Origin: Spirochaetia bacterium
GTDB lineage: Bacteria; Spirochaetota; Spirochaetia; WTKD01; G963693115
Direction of reading: 5' to 3'
DNA length: 64,000 nucleotides
NCBI GenBank assembly: GCA_965226055.1
Contig: CBDDCA010000005.1
Span: forward strand, 128,001 to 192,000
Shown: in pieces, positions 57,176-64,000 of the stretch
Layout: each line of letters opens with the position of its first letter
Position numbering within the stretch: position 1 is the stretch's first letter
The notes under the pieces: model-generated
Database searches by the model: none
Told to the model about the DNA's origin: nothing
What the model saw: only the letters and a program-made list of their open reading frames with translations
Program-made: the position numbers and the translations under genes

Positions 57176-60100
57176 TTATGGCCCCTTATATGTTCCTCCT
57201 GCCCAATCTGGCACTTTATTCGTAGCTACACCAGAATTTGTAAAAGCATTCTTCGTGTTGATGCTTCTTGATCCCAGATGATCTTTCCATTCATATATAT
57301 CCTGACTAAAAGCTGTTGCTTTATAAAATATATATCTCATATCAGTAATACTGCCTACATCCCAACCAGATATATCTTGATTAAATACCGAATTATTATT
57401 AAACATACCCCCCATATTCTTTACACTACTTACATCCCAGTCTGATATACTTTTATTAAAGCTAGTAAACTTGAACATATCAACCATATTTGTAACACTA
57501 CCTACATTCCAAGCATGCAAAGGTTGATTAAAAACAGTAGCTTCACTAAACATTTCCTTCATATTGATTACGCTGCTTGTATCCCAAATATTAAGAGATT
57601 GATTAAAAGCAGTAGCTTTACTAAACATATATTGCATATCATTAACACTACTTACATCCCAACTTGATATATCACCATTAAATACTGAATTATCATAAAA
57701 CATAGATCCCATATTCTGTACGCTACTCACATCCCAACTTGATATATCACCATTAAATACACTTTGATTAAATACCCCTTCCATATTTGTTACATTACTT
57801 GTATCCCAGTAACTTACATCTCCATTAAATGTTTTATTGTTGTTAAAAAGATTTCTAAAAGAAGTCATATTACTTGTATCTATGTTTTTAAGATCTGGAG
57901 AGTTTGTACCTTGCTTAGTTACCTCAGCAGAAATAGCAGTTTGTAATTCTGCCACAGTAGAGGGAGTATGGTCATATACTATTTCAATGATAGTCATATT
58001 CATTACCACTGTTTTTATCTCACCTGTATAAATACCAGAACCTGTGAAGGTTATAGTATAAGCAGTATCATTAGAAGTTACAGAAGGAGTGCCTGAAATA
58101 ATACCTGTATTGGTATCCATTGATATACCAGTAGGAAACGATGGGTTTACTGAAAAAGTACCTGTGGCACTACTAGGAGATTTTTTAACTTCTATATTTT
58201 TTATACCTCTCCCTTTCACTAATTTTGAATATGATGTTTTTACTAAATCAATAGATGCACTATTCACTATAATAGAAAGCTGTATTGTTGGTTGTTGACC
58301 AGTATATGCACCACTAGCAGTAAACGTTATAGTATATTGTTTACTAGACTGTACTACAGTAGGAATACCTGAGATAGCACCTGTGTTGTTATCAATGGAT
58401 ATACCAGTAGGAAACGATGGGCTTACTGAAAAAGTACCTGTGGCTGAACTAATACTTTTGTTAATGAAAAATGGTGAAATAGAAGCATCTTTTATTGCAT
58501 ACACTTGTGTTACTTTTGTAGAAAGAACAATGGCTTCTAACACAGTAATAGTAACTGTCTTGGTTGCATCTGTATACACCCCTGTTCCTGTAAATGTTAT
58601 TGTGTAAGTAGCTTGTGAAGCTAACGCACTAGGTGTTCCTGAAATAGCTCCTGTTGCCTGATCAATACTCAACCCAGCAGGCAACGATGGACTCACAGTA
58701 AAGCTCCCTGTCGCTGCACTCGGATTTTTCGTAACAGTAATGGGTGTTATGCTTTTTCCTTTTATCGCTGTCAAGGTCGCTACATTTGTTGTGAGATTTA
58801 CTGGTTCTTTCACTGCTATACTCACCTGTTTTGTTGCATCTGCATATATTCCTGTTCCTGTAAATGTTATCGTGTAAGTAGCTTGTGAAGCTAATACACT
58901 AGGTGTTCCTGAAATAGCTCCTGTTCCCTGATCAATACTCAACCCAGTAGGCAACGATGGACTCACAGTAAAGCCTCCTGTCGCTGCACTCGGATTTTTT
59001 GTAACAGTAATTGGTGTTATGCTTTGTCCTTTTGTCGCTATCAAAGTCGCTACACTTGTTGTGAGGTTTACTGGTTCTTCCACTGCTATATTTACCTTTG
59101 CTGTAGCATTTACATACACTCCTGTTCCTGTAAATGTTATTGTATAGACCGCTTGTGCAGATGACACACTCGGTGTTCCTGAAATAGCTCCCGTTTTCTG
59201 ATCTATGCTCAAACCAATAGGCAGAGATGGATTTACAGAAAAATTTCCTGTCGCTACACTCGGATTTTTCGTAACAGTAATAGGTGTTATACTTTGCCCT
59301 TTTGTCGCTGTCAATGTTGCTACGCTTGTTGTGAGATTTACTGAACCTTCCACCGTTATACTTACCTGTTTTGTCGCATCTGCATATATTCCTGTTCCTG
59401 TAAATGTTATCGTATAAGTAGTCTGTGCAGATGACACACTTGGCGTTCCTGAAATAGCTCCCGTTTTCTGATCTATGCTCAACCCAGTAGGCAACGATGG
59501 ACTCACAGTAAAGCTCCCTGTCGCTGCACTCGGATTTTTCGTAACAGTAATAGGTGTTATGCTTTTTCCTTTTGTCGCTGTCAATGTTGCCACACTTGTT
59601 GTGAGGTTTACTGGTTCTTTCACTGCTATACTCACCTGCTTTGTCGCATCTGTATATATTCCTGTTCCTGTAAATGTTATTGTATAGGCTGCTTGTGCAG
59701 ATGATACACTCGGTGTTCCTGAAATAGCTCCTGTTTTCTGATCTATGCTCAAACCAATAGGCAGAGATGGATTTACAGTAAAGCTCCCTGTCGCTATACT
59801 CGGATCTTTCGTAACAGTAATGGAAGTTATGCTTTGCCCTTTTATCGCTGTCAATGTTGCTACGCTTGTTGTGAGATTTACTGGCTCTTCTACTGTTATG
59901 CTTACCTGTGCTGTAGCATTTGAGTGTCCACCAGTACCAGTAAAATGTATGGTATATGTTTTTTGTTGAGCTGATACACTTGGTATCCCCGAGATCTCTC
60001 CAGTTCCCTTATCTATACTCAATCCAGCAGGCAACAATGGACTAATAGTAAAATTTCCTGTCGCTGCACTATCTTTTTTGGTAATTGTAATTGGGGTAAT

Positions 60101-63100
60101 ACGTTGATTTTTTGTTGCTGTCAATGTGGCTACACTTGGAGTAATATCTTCCTGATCTTTTACTATGAGAGTAACTTGTGCTGTTGCATCTGCATATACT
60201 CCTGTCCCTGCAAACTCTATTGCATAAGCAGCCTGTGTAGCTAACACACTCGGTGTTCCTGAAATAGCTCCTGTTTTCTGATCTATACTCAGCCCAGCAG
60301 GCAATGTTGGATTTACAGTAAAGCTGCCTGTCGCTATACTCGGATCTTTCGTAACAGTAATAGGTATTATACTTTTCCCTTTTATCGCTGTCAATGTTAC
60401 CATGCTTGGAGTGAGATTTACAGGCTCTTTCACCATTATACTCACCTGTTTTGTCGCATCTGCATATATTCCTGTTCCTGTAAATGTTATCGTGTAGGCC
60501 GCTTGTGCAGATGACACACTCGGTGTTCCTGAAATAGCTCCTGTTTTCTGATCTATACTCAACCCAGTAGGCAATGTTGGATTTACAGTAAAGTCTCCTG
60601 TCGCTGCACTCGGATTTTTTGTAACAGTAATGGGGCTTATGCTTTGCCTTTTTATTGCGGTCAATGTTGCTACACTTGTGGTGAGATTTACAGGCTCTTC
60701 TACTGCTATATTTACCTGTGCTGTAGCATTTACATACACTCCTATTCCTGTAAATGTTATCGTGTATATCGCTTGTGCAAATGACACACTCGGTGTTCCT
60801 GAAATAGCTCCTGTTTTCTGATCTATGCTCAACCCAGTAGGCAATGTTGGACTTACAGTAAAGCTACCTGTCGCTTCACTCGGATCTTTCGTAACAGTAA
60901 TGGAACTTATAGCCACCCCTTTCGTAAAAGTATATTGTTTTTGATTTGTGGTAAGAGTTACAGAAACAGTTGAATTTGCTACCGCGATAGAGACATTTCT
61001 ATTTACGCTCTTGCCTTGATACTCATCTTTCCCTGTAAACTGCACTGCATATTGTGTGACTTTAGATTCTGTTGTAGGGGTACCATATATTCCTCCTGTG
61101 TCATTTATCAATAAACCATCAGGAAGTGCAGGAGTTACTACATATGTTCCTTTTGCTCCAACAGGAAAAAGTATAACAGAAATAGCATTCTCAGTAGCAA
61201 TAGCTTCTCCTTTTAATACACTTATACTATTTGATTCAAAAGTATATGCCCAACTTGGAATAAGTGCTCCTGTTACTCCTGAATTCTTAAATATATCTAC
61301 TTTTGTTGCCGTGTCTTTAACATTCCACTCTTCAAGGCTTTCCTTAAAATTACTAGCGTCCTTAAACATTTCATTAAAATTAGCTACTGTATTTATATTC
61401 CATGCTGATATATCTCCATCAAACAATGATCCTTGAAACATACCACTCATATTTGTTACCTTACTCACATCCCACTTCGATATATTTCCATGAAAATCTT
61501 TAAGAACTTCCCCAGAAAAAAGATTGCTCATATCAGTAATGCCACTTACATCTATATCATTAAGATTTGATCTAGGAAAATCAATAGTACCATCATTATC
61601 AACATCTACAATAGCTTTAATCAGAGTTATTAAATCTGATTTTTTTGTCAGATTACGAGTCAATTTTATTGCTATCACTACATCCGTAGATATTTTCTTT
61701 TTATTGTTCACTGTATTAGTAAATGTTATTGTGTATACTCTGGCAGGCATAGCAATTTTAGGGATACCAGAAATTTTTGCAGTATACTCTGCATCTTTAG
61801 TGAGAGCTAAGGTGAGCCCAGCTGGAAGTGTAGGGACTACCGAAACACCTACCATTTCATTATCAGGAGAAAAAGTAAAAGTAATATCAGTAATGGCTGT
61901 ATCTTGTGTTCCATTAAGGATTTTGGTGCTTGATACAAGTGTATAATTCCATGATGGATAGTCACTAAAAGGCACAGCAGAAAGCTTAAACATATCTTTC
62001 TTTATTACAGAGGAAGCTACATTCCATGCTTCAATATCTTTATTAAAATTATTTGCTCCATAAAACATTTCAGTCATATCAGTAACTTTACTCACATCCC
62101 AGACAGATATATCTTTATTAAATGTGCTTCCTTTGAACATAGCTCGCATAGTAGTGACATTGCTTACATCCCACTCCGATATATCTCCATCAAAAGATCT
62201 AAGGAGAGGATCAGTAAAAAGTTCGCTCATATCAGTTATTGCACTTGTTGATATACCATTAAGATCAGCAGAATTGTTATCAGCGTTGCCATCACCATCA
62301 GTATCCACTAGCTTTTTTATTTCATCAATAAGCTCTTGCTTTGTTGTAGGATTTGCAGTAAATGTCTTTATTGTAATTGATATATCTTGCTCAATGTTTA
62401 CAGCGTTTTTAGTTTCCCAATCACTACCTGTTTCTGGAGTAAATGTAAAAGTAATGTTTGTTTTTGCAGTATCAACAGTAGTTCCTGCTACTGCACTTAA
62501 GATACCTGTATTATTCTCTTTGTCATACGAAAAAGAAATTCCTGTAGGTAAAGGAGTATTAGTACTAACGGTAAGCTCACCTTCAGCCGCAAAAGGATAT
62601 ACTTGCACAGAAAAACCACTATTAAATGCTTTTCCAGTTTGTAACACAATAGCATAATCACTAGGAGTTATCGTAATTTTCTTTGTTTTCCAACTAGGTT
62701 CATCTTTCGCTTTTATGCCAGATCCAATGAAAACATCAGTTATGCTCGCTGATTTTTTTACTTTCCATAGTTCAGTATCTTGCTTAAATGAAATAGCATC
62801 TTCAAAGATACTATCAAATTTTTCTACCTTAGATACATTCCATCTTGATATATCATTATTAAACGCTACTGATCCCTTAAACATACCGCTCATATCCGTA
62901 ACATTACTAACATTCCATGATGAGATATTTCCATTAAAGAGCGGAAAATCAACAAATAGATCACTCATATTGGTAATTTTACTCGTATCAATATCCGAAA
63001 GATCAGGGCTAGGGTTTGTATCTGTTATACGAGATGCTAATAACTGCAACAATTCCATTTTTGTTGATGGAGTAATTTGCTTTGGGATAGTTGGTGGTGT

Positions 63101-63220
63101 AAGTTTTGGCTCATCTTCATTAGAACTAGAAGTTAAAAATTCACATCCTACAATAATAAACATCATTGTAGATAATATCAATATACCAATACATAATTGA
63201 AGCATATTGTTTTTTCGCAT
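57176..63220 (-). CDS. Giant surface lipoprotein with 4 DUF285 modules and a tandem He_PIG (putative Ig) stalk
   Basis: MRKNN start with lipobox IVGC, DISxWDVS repeats and LPTGLSIDQKTGAISGTPS repeats. AAGGAGG RBS. Confidence 0.92.
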   Translation of the reverse strand: MRKNNMLQLCIGILILSTMMFIIVGCEFLTSSSNEDEPKLTPPTIPKQITPSTKMELLQLLASRITDTNPSPDLSDIDTSKITNMSDLFVDFPLFNGNISSWNVSNVTDMSGMFKGSVAFNNDISRWNVSKVEKFDSIFEDAISFKQDTELWKVKKSASITDVFIGSGIKAKDEPSWKTKKITITPSDYAIVLQTGKAFNSGFSVQVYPFAAEGELTVSTNTPLPTGISFSYDKENNTGILSAVAGTTVDTAKTNITFTFTPETGSDWETKNAVNIEQDISITIKTFTANPTTKQELIDEIKKLVDTDGDGNADNNSADLNGISTSAITDMSELFTDPLLRSFDGDISEWDVSNVTTMRAMFKGSTFNKDISVWDVSKVTDMTEMFYGANNFNKDIEAWNVASSVIKKDMFKLSAVPFSDYPSWNYTLVSSTKILNGTQDTAITDITFTFSPDNEMVGVSVVPTLPAGLTLALTKDAEYTAKISGIPKIAMPARVYTITFTNTVNNKKKISTDVVIAIKLTRNLTKKSDLITLIKAIVDVDNDGTIDFPRSNLNDIDVSGITDMSNLFSGEVLKDFHGNISKWDVSKVTNMSGMFQGSLFDGDISAWNINTVANFNEMFKDASNFKESLEEWNVKDTATKVDIFKNSGVTGALIPSWAYTFESNSISVLKGEAIATENAISVILFPVGAKGTYVVTPALPDGLLINDTGGIYGTPTTESKVTQYAVQFTGKDEYQGKSVNRNVSIAVANSTVSVTLTTNQKQYTFTKGVAISSITVTKDPSEATGSFTVSPTLPTGLSIDQKTGAISGTPSVSFAQAIYTITFTGIGVYVNATAQVNIAVEEPVNLTTSVATLTAIKRQSISPITVTKNPSAATGDFTVNPTLPTGLSIDQKTGAISGTPSVSSAQAAYTITFTGTGIYADATKQVSIMVKEPVNLTPSMVTLTAIKGKSIIPITVTKDPSIATGSFTVNPTLPAGLSIDQKTGAISGTPSVLATQAAYAIEFAGTGVYADATAQVTLIVKDQEDITPSVATLTATKNQRITPITITKKDSAATGNFTISPLLPAGLSIDKGTGEISGIPSVSAQQKTYTIHFTGTGGHSNATAQVSITVEEPVNLTTSVATLTAIKGQSITSITVTKDPSIATGSFTVNPSLPIGLSIDQKTGAISGTPSVSSAQAAYTITFTGTGIYTDATKQVSIAVKEPVNLTTSVATLTATKGKSITPITVTKNPSAATGSFTVSPSLPTGLSIDQKTGAISGTPSVSSAQTTYTITFTGTGIYADATKQVSITVEGSVNLTTSVATLTATKGQSITPITVTKNPSVATGNFSVNPSLPIGLSIDQKTGAISGTPSVSSAQAVYTITFTGTGVYVNATAKVNIAVEEPVNLTTSVATLIATKGQSITPITVTKNPSAATGGFTVSPSLPTGLSIDQGTGAISGTPSVLASQATYTITFTGTGIYADATKQVSIAVKEPVNLTTNVATLTAIKGKSITPITVTKNPSAATGSFTVSPSLPAGLSIDQATGAISGTPSALASQATYTITFTGTGVYTDATKTVTITVLEAIVLSTKVTQVYAIKDASISPFFINKSISSATGTFSVSPSFPTGISIDNNTGAISGIPTVVQSSKQYTITFTASGAYTGQQPTIQLSIIVNSASIDLVKTSYSKLVKGRGIKNIEVKKSPSSATGTFSVNPSFPTGISMDTNTGIISGTPSVTSNDTAYTITFTGSGIYTGEIKTVVMNMTIIEIVYDHTPSTVAELQTAISAEVTKQGTNSPDLKNIDTSNMTSFRNLFNNNKTFNGDVSYWDTSNVTNMEGVFNQSVFNGDISSWDVSSVQNMGSMFYDNSVFNGDISSWDVSSVNDMQYMFSKATAFNQSLNIWDTSSVINMKEMFSEATVFNQPLHAWNVGSVTNMVDMFKFTSFNKSISDWDVSSVKNMGGMFNNNSVFNQDISGWDVGSITDMRYIFYKATAFSQDIYEWKDHLGSRSINTKNAFTNSGVATNKVPDWAGGTYKGP
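58000..60960 (-). repeat. Tandem 270-bp (90-aa) Ig-like repeats, 11 copies
   Basis: GAAATAGCTC at 58641, 58911, 59181, 59451, 59721, 60261, 60531 and 60801, with variants at 58371 and 59991, giving an exact 270-bp period. An eleventh, more diverged copy lies near 58090. Confidence 0.95.
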
Positions 63221-63363
63221 ATATTCCTCCTTACAAATCTATTAGTACTAAAAATATAGCAACTATTTTTAATATATCATAACAAAAAAAACATTATTCT
63301 GCGGATTCAAGCTACTATTTGTATTGATTTTTACTATAAAAAAAGGTATACTTTATATACAAC

Positions 63364-64000
63364 ATGCAACAAGATAGACATACTATTCCCCAAAAAATAC
63401 TTTTTATAGGATTTGGCACAATGGGATATGCTATAGCTACCTCCCTCCATAAAAAAAAGAAATATCAGTTATTAGCCATTGATCCATATAATACAAAAAA
63501 TGCAGAGGTATTAGGAATACCATATTATAGTAATTTACAATCTATAGCAGATCATTTTCAGTCCTCACAAAACCTTTTAATAGTACTAGCAGTGAAACCA
63601 CAACAAGCATATCAAATATGTCAACAACTATCATCCTTTATAAGAAAGAATGACACTATAATATCTATTATAGCAGGAATACATAGTTCTGTTTTACAAA
63701 AACTATTACACACACAACGCATTATTCGTTTTATGCCCACTATTGGAGCTACTATCAATAAAAGCGTAACTGGTATATATGTAGCATCTCAGCAAGATCA
63801 CCATGAATTAACAGAAATAGCACAAACTATAGCAAATACATTTGGTACTAGTTATGTATTTTCTCAGGAAGAACACATAGCTGCTATTACTGGAATTTCT
63901 GGATCGGGCATAGCATTTGTAACCGCATTTTTAGATGCCATGATACTTGCAGGAATACGCGAGGGGCTTACAAAATCACAAGCACAAAGCATCTCCCTCG
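63364..64000 (+). CDS. proC: Pyrroline-5-carboxylate reductase (3' end runs off the window)
   Basis: Manual translation gives ILFIGFGTMGYAIA, LAVKPQ, ISIIAG, IIRFMP and AITGISGSGIAF. Confidence 0.92.
   Translation, partial: MQQDRHTIPQKILFIGFGTMGYAIATSLHKKKKYQLLAIDPYNTKNAEVLGIPYYSNLQSIADHFQSSQNLLIVLAVKPQQAYQICQQLSSFIRKNDTIISIIAGIHSSVLQKLLHTQRIIRFMPTIGATINKSVTGIYVASQQDHHELTEIAQTIANTFGTSYVFSQEEHIAAITGISGSGIAFVTAFLDAMILAGIREGLTKSQAQSISL

Overview
AT-rich bacterial chromosomal segment, most likely from a host-associated spirochete. The gene orders rpsB-tsf-frr-uppS-cdsA-rseP and rpsF-ssb-rpsR-membrane protein-rplI-dnaB, the lnt/surE/TPR/NHL block and the strong strand bias support this. Housekeeping content includes oxidative pentose phosphate genes (gnd, partial zwf), a partial myo-inositol cluster, translation and replication genes, rho, two tRNAs, queuosine and pseudouridine salvage genes, and partial proC. 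The most notable accessory content is a pair of giant paralogous lipoproteins (about 2570 and 2014 aa). Both are built from DUF285/BspA-like repeat modules, most with a DxDxDG-type loop in the cap, joined by Ig-like (He_PIG) domains. One carries a G14 tract in its signal peptide (predicted ON/OFF phase variation) and shows repeat segments copied between modules. The other has a 270-bp-periodic Ig stalk. A small defence-like insert holds an orphan hsdS flanked by imperfect direct repeats, an unknown membrane protein and an OLD/TOPRIM ATPase. A related upstream motif lies about 80 nt before hsdS and both lipoprotein genes. All calls come from reading motifs by eye; no database searches were run.
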